Source of the DNA: Nitrospiraceae bacterium
GTDB lineage: Bacteria > Nitrospirota > Nitrospiria > Nitrospirales > UBA2166
DNA: 64,000 nt
Direction of reading: 5' to 3'
NCBI GenBank assembly: GCA_002726235.1
Contig: PBSN01000002.1
Location: 83,010-147,009 of the forward strand
Positions within the stretch are counted from its first letter, which is position 1. Every line of letters begins with the position of its first letter. Below are positions 1-10,592 of this stretch, in pieces. Under the pieces are notes generated by a model that saw only the letters and a program-made list of their open reading frames with translations, had not been told where the DNA came from and did no database searches. A program made the translations under genes and the position numbers.

Positions 1-1246
1 ACTGACTCGGGCTCAAAACGGCAATCCCAACCTTCAGCATTTGACGCAGTGGTACTGGAACATTGAGAATCTTCCGCGTCCATGTATAGCGGTTGTATCC
101 CCCAAAAAGCTCATCCCCCCCATCACCGGACAGGCTAACCGTTACACTGCGCCGCGCCATCTGGCTGACAAGAAAGGTCGGGATCTGGGACGAGTCCGCA
201 AAAGGTTCGTCGTAGAGCACTGGGAGGCGAGGAATGACCGCACGTGCCTCTTCCGGGCTTACATAAAGTTCTGTATGATCGGTTCCAAGATGCCTAGCCA
301 CAGCACTGGCGTGGACGGCCTCATTATACTGATAATCGCTAAACCCAATCGTGAAGGTCTGAATTGGGCGGCTTGCCTGTGCCTGCATCAGCGCAACAAT
401 CATAGACGAATCAATTCCACCAGACAAAACCACCCCAAGCGGCACATCAGCGATCTGTTGGAGTGACACCGCGTCAGACAGCCTAGCTTCAAGACATTCA
501 ATCGCCTCAGAATCAGAACCTAAGAATGGCCTCTGCAAACCCTTCGATGCCACATCCAGCAACGACCAATACAAAGATGGCTTGCATTCGCTATGCTCAC
601 CAGCCGTCACTGTGAGTAGCGCACTTGGAAGTAGCTTATGGATATCATGATAGATCGATAACGGTTCCGGAATATAGCTGTACCGCATTAACGCCGCCAA
701 AGCGTTGCGATCAATTTCTGCTTTAAAAGCCGGGTGTGCTTTGAGCGCTTTCAACTCAGAGCCAAACAGGAAAATCCCATCCTGCCACCCATAATAGAGC
801 GGCTTCTCTCCCAGACGATCACGCCCAAGAGTAAGAGTGCGTGCGTCCTTGTCCCACACTCCAAAAGCAAACATACCGACAGATTTCTGAACCGTGCCTT
901 CAATCCCCCAGACATCAAATCCCATTAGTAAGGTTTCGGTGTCAGAATGACCGCGCCAATTTGGCACATGACCACCCTGTTCAAGTTCCACGCGAAGCGC
1001 TAGGTGGTTATATATTTCTCCATTAAATGCAATCACATACCGGCCACTTGACGATACCATCGGCTGGTACCCCGCATGTGAAAGGTCAAGGATAGAAAGA
1101 CGAGAATGGGCAAATCCCATTCCAGAACTTTGGCAATACCAAACGCCATGATCATCGGGACCACGATGATGAAGCGTAGCAGCCATTCGATGCAACGTAT
1201 TTTCGTTGCATTTACCAACACCAAGAAATCCTGCAAATCCACACAT
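1..1246 (-). CDS. asnB: Asparagine synthase (glutamine-hydrolysing)-type amidotransferase, 3' end runs off the window
   Basis: Not in the ORF track. Manual translation from ATG at 1246 gives MCGFAGF...HRGPDD...HSRLSILDLS...QPM...FNGEIYNH...SDTE...RDRLGEKPLYY, the Ntn-glutaminase signature of AsnB. In glycan loci such enzymes amidate uronic acids. Confidence 0.93.
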   Translation of the reverse strand, partial: MCGFAGFLGVGKCNENTLHRMAATLHHRGPDDHGVWYCQSSGMGFAHSRLSILDLSHAGYQPMVSSSGRYVIAFNGEIYNHLALRVELEQGGHVPNWRGHSDTETLLMGFDVWGIEGTVQKSVGMFAFGVWDKDARTLTLGRDRLGEKPLYYGWQDGIFLFGSELKALKAHPAFKAEIDRNALAALMRYSYIPEPLSIYHDIHKLLPSALLTVTAGEHSECKPSLYWSLLDVASKGLQRPFLGSDSEAIECLEARLSDAVSLQQIADVPLGVVLSGGIDSSMIVALMQAQASRPIQTFTIGFSDYQYNEAVHASAVARHLGTDHTELYVSPEEARAVIPRLPVLYDEPFADSSQIPTFLVSQMARRSVTVSLSGDGGDELFGGYNRYTWTRKILNVPVPLRQMLKVGIAVLSPSQ

Positions 1247-1326
1247 CTTTTATTTTTTATATCTCACTGCACATCAGAACGGGAAACCATGCCATTCCAT
1301 GAGTGAGCTGCGGTGCAGACAAAAGT

Positions 1327-2604
1327 CTACGATCTCTCCATGGTGCTCAGAGGTGGTCGTGTCTGCTGCGGAATGAACATGAGGAGGAAGGCACGCATAC
1401 GTCGCACAAGCTCTGGGAACCCCAGAATAACAATAATCCAATAGCCAACCACGTGATGTCGCAAAGCCGAACCGTAATTCACCGTGCCGACAGCCCACAT
1501 CACGGACATGGCCATATACAGAAGCAACAACATCCCCATTATTTGCCGCATGGGACCCTGTGCTCTTCGGATCGCCAACAAAGTACATAGGAGTAGCGAA
1601 ATCCGCCAATATCCTTCACACGCTGCATATAAATCTAAAACGTTTTTCACCCTCCACGGAAACGGCTCTAACATGTAATGAATAAAAATCACTCCAATTG
1701 ATCCACCGAAACCATGCACAGTTCCAGACTCCAAGTCCGCTTCGACATTTGTTCTGGCATCGGTGTCCATTCGATTATCCCTGTTTCCCATCGCTTCATT
1801 GACAAGCTCCCCTTGGAGAAGCACCGTGACATACCCTAAATTAGTCCCTCCCGCCATGCCCGCACCAACAGCCCCAATAAGCATGATGCCTGCAATAATT
1901 GCTCGCGGTCTTGTCGAAAAAGCCCTAACCCAACTGCGATGACCGATAGGCCAAAACAAAACAATAGGCAATGCAAATAAAACCACAACAGCTAATCCTG
2001 CATGTAGCATGCCCAACAAGGCACCCGCGCAAGTGGAATAAAAAATGTATCTCCACTTCCGATGAATGTGGTAACGCAACCCGAAATAGATTAGCGCCAT
2101 AAAAAACAGGATTTCCCATGCCTCCCGCATGGTATTTGACGTATGTATAAGCAGAGTAGGAAGTAATCCCCACGCAAGAAATGTACTTAGTCGATATTCA
2201 GTTCCCAATGTCTCCATCAATTTGATAAATAATATGCAGGAAAGCATAAACGCAACAATAGAAACTTCCGCTCCTAGAAATCGAGATTCGCCGAAAACTG
2301 TATACACAAGCCCAAGAAAATGATCGTATCCTTCTGATCCTGTCTTGAGTTCAAGATCTCTTACTCCGCGTGCGATTTTCAGTGCCCTTCCATGAAATCG
2401 CTCTGCATCTCCCCCAGCATCAGGAAGCGTCGTGATGAATGTGTTCGTTATCGCAACAAAATGATGCGCCCCGACCACAAGAAAAAAACCGAGAGCTAAA
2501 TGCGTCCCCCGCAGAAAACGCACAGACCAAAGCAAAGGGAGAAAACTATAGAACAAGAATATCCATCCAAATCCATGGACAGGCTGCATCATGGCAGAAA
2601 TCAT
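1327..2604 (-). CDS. Polytopic membrane protein, Wzy-like polysaccharide polymerase/ligase candidate
   Basis: 425 aa with about 10-11 hydrophobic segments and a periplasmic-type loop, next to GT2 genes. Function inferred from context only. Confidence 0.55.
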   Translation of the reverse strand: MISAMMQPVHGFGWIFLFYSFLPLLWSVRFLRGTHLALGFFLVVGAHHFVAITNTFITTLPDAGGDAERFHGRALKIARGVRDLELKTGSEGYDHFLGLVYTVFGESRFLGAEVSIVAFMLSCILFIKLMETLGTEYRLSTFLAWGLLPTLLIHTSNTMREAWEILFFMALIYFGLRYHIHRKWRYIFYSTCAGALLGMLHAGLAVVVLFALPIVLFWPIGHRSWVRAFSTRPRAIIAGIMLIGAVGAGMAGGTNLGYVTVLLQGELVNEAMGNRDNRMDTDARTNVEADLESGTVHGFGGSIGVIFIHYMLEPFPWRVKNVLDLYAACEGYWRISLLLCTLLAIRRAQGPMRQIMGMLLLLYMAMSVMWAVGTVNYGSALRHHVVGYWIIVILGFPELVRRMRAFLLMFIPQQTRPPLSTMERS

Positions 2605-2632
2605 GGCAAAATCTCAGTGAGAAATGACGTAT

Positions 2633-3652
2633 TCAAACCGACGACCGGGATACTCTGCTGTAATACAGTCGCTTATACCCTCCCCCGACAACCTCGGCCA
2701 ATACTGAACCAAAAACCATACAAAGCACAGCGCCAAAAAAGTATCTATTCAACACAAGATTCTCGATAATCATCCGTCTGAATTTTATAACAAAACTAAT
2801 CCGTTGCCGCATCCCAACAAGCTGCATGAGAGAGCTAAAAAACCATTTCATGCAGACGACTTTCCTAAACCTGCTGTCATCTATGTCTCGACAACCTGAC
2901 AGGCGCATGACTAGGGCGGGAGGAGCCATTTCGGAAGCATTAACGATTTTTCGCCGAGAAAGACTCTCACGCACTTCAGAAACATACAAGAGCGAATCCA
3001 CAATGGTGTATACGTTTAAGGCAACTCTCTGCGTGCTACTTCGCAACACACGGTCCCAGAAATCGACGTCCTCATAGGCACGTGTTGTATCATCATACCT
3101 AACGTCTGCGATCACCTGTTTGCGGCAAATCACGTTACCCCCTCCTGGCACTACATCTCCTTTGACAAACGCCTGGGAAGGATGTGCTATTTCATACACG
3201 CCCTTTTCCTTTTCTTTCGCAAGTGCGCCAACTCTTTTTGCATGCGGCCACACGACACCGCTGTCCTCATAATGCAACCCCACAAATAACACATCCACGT
3301 TCCATTTCTTTATCACCTCGTCCGCACGCTGAAGATAGGAGAGATCGTATCGATCATCGGCATCTAGACACGAGACATACTCTCCTTGAACCTCATCAAG
3401 CCCACGATTACGGGCTCCTCCTGGTCCTTGATTAGTTTCCATCCTGATAAGGCGAATCGTGATATCCCGGCAAAGGTGTCGATTATTATGAAGCGTCGCT
3501 GTCACTTCCAATAGGCTATTGTCCGTACTGCAATCATCCACAATGATGATTTCATATGGTTTTTTTGTCTGCAACAGAAGAGATTCAATGGCTCGCTTAA
3601 CGTATCTCGCTTTGTTGTACAGAGGAATAATGACTGAATGTTTCATTCTCAC
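2633..3652 (-). CDS. Glycosyltransferase family 2
   Basis: SVIIPLYN, IIVDDCSTD, GPGGARNRG, LDADD and ED motifs. Confidence 0.92.
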   Translation of the reverse strand: MRMKHSVIIPLYNKARYVKRAIESLLLQTKKPYEIIIVDDCSTDNSLLEVTATLHNNRHLCRDITIRLIRMETNQGPGGARNRGLDEVQGEYVSCLDADDRYDLSYLQRADEVIKKWNVDVLFVGLHYEDSGVVWPHAKRVGALAKEKEKGVYEIAHPSQAFVKGDVVPGGGNVICRKQVIADVRYDDTTRAYEDVDFWDRVLRSSTQRVALNVYTIVDSLLYVSEVRESLSRRKIVNASEMAPPALVMRLSGCRDIDDSRFRKVVCMKWFFSSLMQLVGMRQRISFVIKFRRMIIENLVLNRYFFGAVLCMVFGSVLAEVVGGGYKRLYYSRVSRSSV

Positions 3653-3776
3653 GCACCAAAGGTGCTACCAGGAAGGAACCTAAACCTTCGACCGCCAGCT
3701 CCTCAAGGTGTTACTGGGGGAAAGCATGCAAGGCAGACAGATGAACGCAAAGCGATATGATTAATGGCAGACCGTG

Positions 3777-4892
3777 TCACTCGGTCAATACATTGGTGGT
3801 GGAATGGACTCGCCTCGTACTTCTCGTCATGGATATTAGACGAATGAGGTCGAATGCCTTGTTCCTGATAAAACGGTCTCGGGCAAATAAAAATACACTG
3901 GAAACCATCCCGGGAGAACACATCAAGTACAAGCCCTTGGCTACGATCACAGTACGCGTAAAAAAAGGAATTCCAGCACGAAGCAGTCCAATTCGAATGA
4001 GCATTCGAATATACATGACTGAATGGAGCTTTGTTCGAATGCGAAACGCGTGTGCAACCGCGTAAAGCACACGTAGAGCATCAAGCAGCTGATGGCGCGA
4101 CAAGTCCTTGTCACTGCGCGATGCCCCTTCAAAATGTTGCAGTAACCAATACATGTCTTCCCCAACTTTCGGACTCATATCAATGCCGCACCTAGCCTTA
4201 ACATTGTTCCTTGTTACTGCTGATGATTCAGTAACAAGGACACCTTCCATATCTCCTTTTGTCCAGCACTTTCGGCCCTCATGCGCTCTGATAGACACAA
4301 GTGTCTCAGAAAGATTTGTAACGAGATATCCACTATTGATGAGCTTCGACCACAACGCATGATCTTGTCTTCGGGAGAAATTCTCGTCGTAACCGCCGAC
4401 CTCCCGCACAACGTCACGCCTCATCACAACTGCAGAATGAGCCACTGGAGTAGTAAAAAGACTCGTCCACACCACATCATGAGGCATTACAGGAAACAGT
4501 TGGGTATACAAGTATTGACCTTCAGAGTCGATCAGTCGCACATGGCTTCCAATAACAGCAACCTCCGGATGAACTTCGAGAAACCTGACCTGCATCTCAA
4601 GGCGCTGTTGAAGCGCGAGATCATCCGCGTCAATGCGAGCAATGTACTCGCCACGACTTTGGTGAAGTCCGATGTTAAGAGCCTTCGTTTGCCCAAGGTT
4701 CATCATATTCCGTACAAGCCGTATACGTGAATCATGAAACGATTCTACAATCTCCAGCGAAGTATCAGTGCTGGCATTATCGACGATAACGAACTCGAAA
4801 TCCTCGAACGTTTGGTTCAGAATACTACCGATCGCCTGAGCTAAAAACTCCTCCCCATTGTATACAGTCATAAGGACGCTTACGGCAGGCAT
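3777..4892 (-). CDS. Glycosyltransferase family 2
   Basis: VSVLMTVYNGE, VDNASTD, ARIDADD, HSAV, QD motifs. Start moved to ATG 4892, which overlaps the upstream stop. Confidence 0.92.
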   Translation of the reverse strand: MPAVSVLMTVYNGEEFLAQAIGSILNQTFEDFEFVIVDNASTDTSLEIVESFHDSRIRLVRNMMNLGQTKALNIGLHQSRGEYIARIDADDLALQQRLEMQVRFLEVHPEVAVIGSHVRLIDSEGQYLYTQLFPVMPHDVVWTSLFTTPVAHSAVVMRRDVVREVGGYDENFSRRQDHALWSKLINSGYLVTNLSETLVSIRAHEGRKCWTKGDMEGVLVTESSAVTRNNVKARCGIDMSPKVGEDMYWLLQHFEGASRSDKDLSRHQLLDALRVLYAVAHAFRIRTKLHSVMYIRMLIRIGLLRAGIPFFTRTVIVAKGLYLMCSPGMVSSVFLFARDRFIRNKAFDLIRLISMTRSTRRVHSTTNVLTE

Positions 4893-5758
4893 CAGACGCA
4901 CACATCCTTCTTGAGAGAGGCAACGTATCGCTCAATCGCCTCTTGCCAAGACCCCAGCACACCGATATTAGAAAACTGCAGTTTTAGATTGGTAAGCATT
5001 TCGGAATCGGGCGTCGAAGCGGGGCGAGGGAATGCGGAGGAATCGACTTTTTCGACGTGAGTCTTCAGGCCAACAGAGTGAAGAATATAGGTTGTATACT
5101 CGTAACGGGAACACCCTTCCGCATTGGAGATATGGTATGTCCCATATAAATCAGTAGAGAGCAAGGCAAGAATTTTTTCGGATAGGTCACTGGTCAATGT
5201 AGGACTGCCGTATTTGTCACCCGCACTGTTGATCACCGTGTTTTGCTTCGCTTCCTTGATGCGTTGAAATACAAAATTTCGTCGATGGCTGGGCGTTCCA
5301 CCAAATAGCCAGCCACACCGAACCACAAAAACTCGCTGGCAATGTTGTTGCGCCTCTAACTCCCCTAGATACTTTGACCGCGCGTATTTGGTCTTGAGAA
5401 CGACTGGATCATACTCAGAATAAAATGTGAGGTCGTCCCCAAAGAGCCCGCAGGAACTCATATAGACGAGTGTAGCACTGATACGCTCACAGGCTTGTGC
5501 AAGCACAGTTGCGGCCCACGTATGGACTCGATATCCATCACTCGGATTGATTTCGCAGGCATCAACATCTATACCTGAAGCGTTAACGACGTAATTGGGC
5601 TTAAATCCTTTGATCGCCGCCCAAACAGACGACGGATCGGCAATGTCCATCTCCCCATGCGTAACGGACAGCACATCATATCCATGTTCCACCGCAATAC
5701 GCCCGAAGTCCCACGCCAACATTCCACCACCACCCGCAATCAGTATCTTGTTCTTCAC
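4892..5758 (-). CDS. NDP-4-keto-6-deoxyhexose reductase (RmlD/RfbD family)
   Basis: GGGGMLA Rossmann motif, YARSK, GSPT, RPA motifs. GTG start at 5758 overlaps the upstream stop (GTGA). Confidence 0.85.
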   Translation of the reverse strand: MKNKILIAGGGGMLAWDFGRIAVEHGYDVLSVTHGEMDIADPSSVWAAIKGFKPNYVVNASGIDVDACEINPSDGYRVHTWAATVLAQACERISATLVYMSSCGLFGDDLTFYSEYDPVVLKTKYARSKYLGELEAQQHCQRVFVVRCGWLFGGTPSHRRNFVFQRIKEAKQNTVINSAGDKYGSPTLTSDLSEKILALLSTDLYGTYHISNAEGCSRYEYTTYILHSVGLKTHVEKVDSSAFPRPASTPDSEMLTNLKLQFSNIGVLGSWQEAIERYVASLKKDVCV

Positions 5759-6204
5759 TGATGCTTCAACTCCCAATCATATGGGATCGCGGGATCAAAA
5801 GGATCACGACGTACGATCTCGTTCGCGTCATAAGGAAGTGTTGAACAATTTGCAACTACTGCAGGAGTCACACCTATCCCTTTGAAACCATTCCATACAC
5901 CCGGTGGAATTCTTACTAACACGTAGTTGGATTCGCCAACAAACAATTCGTTCAACTCCGCCTTCGTAGACGACATCGATCGATCATCGTACAACACGAG
6001 TTTGATCGTGCCAGAAACAACAGCATAATTCAGTGTCATCTCTTTATGAAGGTGCCACCCTTTGATGACTCCCGGATACACCGTGGAGAAATAGATCTCG
6101 CCAAAGCGTTCGAAATGAGAGTCATCACACCGCAGCATGTGCATCACCTTGCCTCGTTCGTCTGGAAACTGCGTGAGCGGATGGATCAACACCCCGTCAA
6201 TCAT
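5755..6204 (-). CDS. NDP-4-keto-6-deoxyhexose 3,5-epimerase (RmlC/RfbC-like cupin)
   Basis: DERG, KGWHLH, IPPGVWNGF motifs. ATG at 6204 overlaps the upstream stop (ATGA). Confidence 0.88.
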   Translation of the reverse strand: MIDGVLIHPLTQFPDERGKVMHMLRCDDSHFERFGEIYFSTVYPGVIKGWHLHKEMTLNYAVVSGTIKLVLYDDRSMSSTKAELNELFVGESNYVLVRIPPGVWNGFKGIGVTPAVVANCSTLPYDANEIVRRDPFDPAIPYDWELKHQ

Positions 6205-7190
6205 GACACATCCTCTGCGTAGTACTGCCGATACCACTCAATCGTCTCCCGGAGCCCCGCTTCAAGTGTAAAATCAGGCTGCCATTCTAGAATACGCTTG
6301 GCTTTTGCTGCCGAGAGATGCTGTGAGTGTATTTCTCCTTTCACATCATTCCGTATGTCCACTTCAATGTGTGTACACTGCATAAGTTTCTGAATCATGG
6401 CGACGAGCTCTCTCATATTTAGTGGCGATTCATTGCTGAAATTAAAAGCCTCCCCATTCACCTGCTCATTTCCAAGACATTCTGCCATTCTCATATACGC
6501 ACAAACCGCGTCCTTCACAAAGATCAGATCACGCACATAGGTTCCATCACTGCGAATGATGGGAGGTTCGCCACGAAGCAATGCGCAAATTGTCCCGGGA
6601 ACGATTCGGCTCCAATTGAGATCTCCTCCTCCATATACATTTCCACATCGCGCAATCGCGACAGGCAGCTGATAGGTATGATGATACGCCTGCGCAAGAT
6701 AATCGGCGCAACTCTTTGAAACTTCGTAGGGATGCCTCCCATTAAGAGGCAGAGCTTCCGTGTATGGGAGCGCAACCTGCTCACCGTAAGCTTTGTCGCT
6801 AGAAGCAATGATCACCTGCCTTACACGATCACCATGGAGACGGCAGACTTCCAAAAGATTGTATGTCCCCCGGATATTGGCCTCAAATGTCTGTAATGGC
6901 GATCGATGCGCGGCCCCCACGATGGTCTGGGCTCCAAGGTGAAATACCGTTTCAATCTCATGTTCATTGATCGCTCGCTCAAGCGTCAAATACTCTTCGA
7001 GTGCCCCATTGAGCACCGATACTTGCTGAATGTCGTGGCTGCGGTAGAGTTCAGATTGCGGGTCCGCATCACGCACCAGTACAAACACCAAGGCATTGAG
7101 ACGCAGTAAGTGTTTGACTAACCAGGAACCAACCATTCCGGTTCCACCTGTGACAAACACTCTCCGACCTTTCCAGAATTCGAGGTTCAT
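6201..7190 (-). CDS. rfbG: CDP-glucose 4,6-dehydratase-like extended SDR
   Basis: FWKGRRVFVTGGTG, SSDKAY, PYEVSK, RCGNVYGGGD. Directly downstream of rfbF. Confidence 0.75.
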   Translation of the reverse strand: MNLEFWKGRRVFVTGGTGMVGSWLVKHLLRLNALVFVLVRDADPQSELYRSHDIQQVSVLNGALEEYLTLERAINEHEIETVFHLGAQTIVGAAHRSPLQTFEANIRGTYNLLEVCRLHGDRVRQVIIASSDKAYGEQVALPYTEALPLNGRHPYEVSKSCADYLAQAYHHTYQLPVAIARCGNVYGGGDLNWSRIVPGTICALLRGEPPIIRSDGTYVRDLIFVKDAVCAYMRMAECLGNEQVNGEAFNFSNESPLNMRELVAMIQKLMQCTHIEVDIRNDVKGEIHSQHLSAAKAKRILEWQPDFTLEAGLRETIEWYRQYYAEDVS

Positions 7191-7206
7191 CTACTAATAC
7201 CAGTGA

Positions 7207-7977
7207 TCATTCCCAATTCTTCCAGACCGCCTGCCCTTGTTGCCAGAGCGTCTCAAGCAAGCGAACATCTCGAAGCGTGTCCATGCACTGCCAAAAACCT
7301 TCGTGCCGATATGCAATCAACTGCCCGTCATCGGCCAGCCGTTCAAGCGGTTCACGCTCAAAAATCGTATCATCCTTCTCGATGTATTGGACCACGCCGG
7401 GTTCGAACACAAAGAATCCTCCATTGATCCAGCCGTCGCCCATTTGGGGTTTCTCCTCAAATCGCACGACGCGATCTCCATCCAAACTGATGCCTCCAAA
7501 GCGGGCTGGTGGACGCACCGCGGTCACCGTCGCAAGGCGTCCATGGCTTCGGTGAAATTCCAGCAAGTGTTGAATATTGACGTTCGATACCCCGTCTCCA
7601 TACGTCATCATGAACGCTTCGTGTCCAACATACTGAGCAGATTGCTTTACCCGGCCACCAGTCTTGGTGTGCAAGCCGGTATCCATCAAGTGCACCGTCC
7701 AATCCTCACATTCGTTATTGGATACACTTATGTCACCGGATTTTAATCGAATCGTCATATCCCCGACTTGATGCCGGTAATTCACAAAATATTCCTTAAT
7801 GATCTCTCCCTTGTAGCCTAACGCAATGACAAAGTCTTTGAATCCATGAGTCGCATATCCTTTCATGATATGCCACAGAATAGGCTTTCGCCCTATTTCA
7901 ACCATGGGTTTCGGTCGCACGTCAGTTTCTTCCTGCAGACGAGTCCCGAACCCTCCGCACAAAATTACGACTTTCAC
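7207..7977 (-). CDS. rfbF: Glucose-1-phosphate cytidylyltransferase
   Basis: LCGGFGTRLQEET..RPKPMVEIG, LGYKG, TGGR, TYGDGV, WINGGFFV, FWQCMDTLRD. Confidence 0.95.
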   Translation of the reverse strand: MKVVILCGGFGTRLQEETDVRPKPMVEIGRKPILWHIMKGYATHGFKDFVIALGYKGEIIKEYFVNYRHQVGDMTIRLKSGDISVSNNECEDWTVHLMDTGLHTKTGGRVKQSAQYVGHEAFMMTYGDGVSNVNIQHLLEFHRSHGRLATVTAVRPPARFGGISLDGDRVVRFEEKPQMGDGWINGGFFVFEPGVVQYIEKDDTIFEREPLERLADDGQLIAYRHEGFWQCMDTLRDVRLLETLWQQGQAVWKNWE

Positions 7978-8026
7978 GATCCGCCCATTCTATTTTTTAT
8001 CTTCTGATACATAGCTATATAACAAG

Positions 8027-8965
8027 CTACACGGACTCATGACTGAAAAAGTTCACAACATTCGTTGCGCAACTCAACTCCATTGCCGCCCGAGACGCAC
8101 GAGTCAGCGTGGCAATATGCGGAGTACATAATACTTGGGGAAGCGTGGCTAGGGCCCCAGTGTACGGTTCTTCGGAAAATACATCGACTGCCGCACCGGC
8201 AAGATGGCCGGACTGCAAGGCATCATACAAAGCTTGCTCATCTATAAGATGGCCGCGAGACGTATTGATCAATCGGCTGCACCGTTTCATCACAGCAATT
8301 TCTTTGCGCCCAATAAGTGGAGTTTGATTCTGCGGTGAACACGATGCATGCAATGAAACCAGATCCGACTCGACAAGCAATTCACGAAGAGATCGCATTT
8401 CCACTCCACGCGGCAACGTTGAAACATCCACACATGGATCAGTCACTATAACACGGGGTAGAAATGGACGAAGATATTGTTCCACTGCTCGACCGATCCG
8501 CCCAAACCCAACAAGTCCAATAGTCAGTTCGGAGAGGAGATACCCATAATGCTTTCGCCACATGCTACTACGAAAGTCCGTGGTGTGGATGGGGAAATTT
8601 CGAGCCAAAGCGAATATCATTGCCAAGGTCAACTGGGCAACCGGTTCTACAACCTCGTCCGGAGTTGTCAAGACTGCAATATTCATCCGCTGCGCTACAG
8701 CAAGATCAATGGCATCAGTCCCAATCCCACACCGACTAATGCATCGTAAACGCGACAATGAGGTAAGAAGTTCTGCGTCGTACGGTTCGACGGCAGCAAG
8801 AACAGCATCAGCATCAGACAACACATCAAACATTTCTTCACGCCGCATTCGCCTCCCCCGGAGATTTTCATGCACCTCAAAGCCCGCATTAACGAGAGCT
8901 TTTCGAGGGCGATCATCATCCTGGCAGAATTGCGATAATGCGATATAGACCTTTTTAGAACTCAT
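8027..8965 (-). CDS. D-isomer-specific 2-hydroxyacid dehydrogenase (phosphoglycerate dehydrogenase-like, no ACT domain)
   Basis: GIGTDAID, GFGRIG, INTSRG, DVFSEEP, TPHIA. Confidence 0.9.
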   Translation of the reverse strand: MSSKKVYIALSQFCQDDDRPRKALVNAGFEVHENLRGRRMRREEMFDVLSDADAVLAAVEPYDAELLTSLSRLRCISRCGIGTDAIDLAVAQRMNIAVLTTPDEVVEPVAQLTLAMIFALARNFPIHTTDFRSSMWRKHYGYLLSELTIGLVGFGRIGRAVEQYLRPFLPRVIVTDPCVDVSTLPRGVEMRSLRELLVESDLVSLHASCSPQNQTPLIGRKEIAVMKRCSRLINTSRGHLIDEQALYDALQSGHLAGAAVDVFSEEPYTGALATLPQVLCTPHIATLTRASRAAMELSCATNVVNFFSHESV

Positions 8966-9040
8966 TTTTCAATCGACCGTCTGGCCTCTGCCGTACACAC
9001 GAAAAACCTCCAACGCCAATACCCCATTCAAAGGGAAACA
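8654..9040 (+). repeat. Diverged direct repeat, copy A (5' part of the dehydrogenase gene plus a decayed tail of the 616-aa gene)
   Basis: Aligns to 10351-10640. Segment 8978-9040 matches 10578-10640 without gaps at a 1600-bp offset, about 70% identity by hand count. Confidence 0.88.
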
Positions 9041-9123
9041 ACCCCACTGCGATGTCCTATCGAGTAACGTTGTCATATTTCATTATCGTTCTTATCTACC
9101 ATAGATCGTTATATATCGTCTCC

Positions 9124-10257
9124 TTAATCGCCCTTTTTGATAATCCTGCGCAATACTTTGACGACGGTCTTCGCAACACGATAGGACATCCGTTCAAGAA
9201 CCAATACAAACACCACATAATAGACGAATCTTGCAATCTCGATCGCAACTCGCTTCACCTGACTCACAACTGCCTGCCATACGACTCTCCTATGCCCATG
9301 TTTAATTTCGCGATATAGCGCCGCAACATTTATCATCTTTCCATCTAATCCTGAACTGCCTGTGCATCCCGTTGGTCTAGCAATCACGCTTATGTTCATT
9401 GCATCGGTTTGCCAAATGAAAGTTGGAAGAAGGTCAGACTTCCTCAACTCTGGAAGATAGGGGTGACCATGCACCTGCACATCAATTGGCTCAAATCCAT
9501 TCTTACGCAAGACGAAACACAGACTATCAACTGAATAGGTGAAGAAATGTGTAGGGTCACTGAGTGGCGAGGCAAAAACGTTGGGAACTTCGAGGTACAG
9601 GTAGCCATCAGTCCGAAGAATATCCTTTCTAATGTGCTGGAGAAACCTGTTTGGATCGCGGAGATGCTCAAATGCATGAACTAATATGCAAAAGCGAATC
9701 TGCTCATCAAATTGGTCCTCATATATGTTGTGCGCAACCTTTGCATCTGTAATGCCCAGAGCATCGCGGGCAAATCGGATACCTTGCTCATTATAGTCAT
9801 AGGCAATCGTTTGGCATCCCCATGTCCTAGACGCAGCGTGCAGAAACATTCCTTGGTAAGCGCCTAAGTCGATGATTGTATCCTTGTCGGTTGGAACAAT
9901 GTTCGGAAATTGCCTTGCGTTGCGCCGTATCATCTCGAAAAAAGTGTGGAAGCGCTGAAAGCTGATACCACTCCACGGAATTTGAATCGGTAGATCAATG
10001 ATCTTGTCCGGCATGGAAAGCGCGTACGGGCTAACCCGGTACGCACCGTTGTAATGTCGCACGAGTACTTCGTCGCTAATTTCAGGATATTGAAAGACGA
10101 CACCACAACCTGCGCAAATATGATTTTCATATGCATGAAGGGTTGGATTGATCGATTCGGTAGATACCAGCAATGAGCCAAAAGAGATCTTGCGAGATTC
10201 TGCCGACCCGCAGATTCTACAGCGACAACCGTCTGTAGATTTTGCAACTCCGAGCAT
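9124..10257 (-). CDS. Class I SAM-dependent methyltransferase with an N-terminal zinc-ribbon
   Basis: CRICG and CAGCG pairs, IIDLGAYQG motif I, HAFEHLRDP, YLEVPN. Confidence 0.88.
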   Translation of the reverse strand: MLGVAKSTDGCRCRICGSAESRKISFGSLLVSTESINPTLHAYENHICAGCGVVFQYPEISDEVLVRHYNGAYRVSPYALSMPDKIIDLPIQIPWSGISFQRFHTFFEMIRRNARQFPNIVPTDKDTIIDLGAYQGMFLHAASRTWGCQTIAYDYNEQGIRFARDALGITDAKVAHNIYEDQFDEQIRFCILVHAFEHLRDPNRFLQHIRKDILRTDGYLYLEVPNVFASPLSDPTHFFTYSVDSLCFVLRKNGFEPIDVQVHGHPYLPELRKSDLLPTFIWQTDAMNISVIARPTGCTGSSGLDGKMINVAALYREIKHGHRRVVWQAVVSQVKRVAIEIARFVYYVVFVLVLERMSYRVAKTVVKVLRRIIKKGD

Positions 10258-10350
10258 TTTTGTTCTCCTTATCTCGCCTGGCCAGTTTTACGCTGCACCA
10301 TTCACTCTATGTCATAAACGAAGCAAGAGGCGCATGGGCTCGGCACTAAT

Positions 10351-10565
10351 CTCGTCCGGAGTCGTCAAGACTGCAATATTCATCCGCTACGCTACAGCAA
10401 GAACAGCATCAGCATCAGACAACACACCAAACATCTCTTCACGCCGTATTCGCCGCCCAGCGGTTTTTCATGCACATCGAAACCCGCATGGACAAGAACT
10501 TTTCGAGGTTGATCGTCGCCCTGGCAGAATTGCGATAATGCGATATAGACCTTCTGTGAATTCAT
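10351..10565 (-). pseudogene. Decayed 5' fragment of the 2-hydroxyacid dehydrogenase gene (within repeat copy B, 10351-10640)
   Basis: ATG at 10565 reads MNSQKVYIALSQFCQGDDQPRKVLVHAGFDVHE versus MSSKKVYIALSQFCQDDDRPRKALVNAGFEVHE. It carries a 1-bp frameshift and a 96-bp deletion between CAGCAAGA microhomologies. Confidence 0.9.
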
Positions 10566-10592
10566 CCCCGCACTGGTCGTTTGGCTTCCGCC

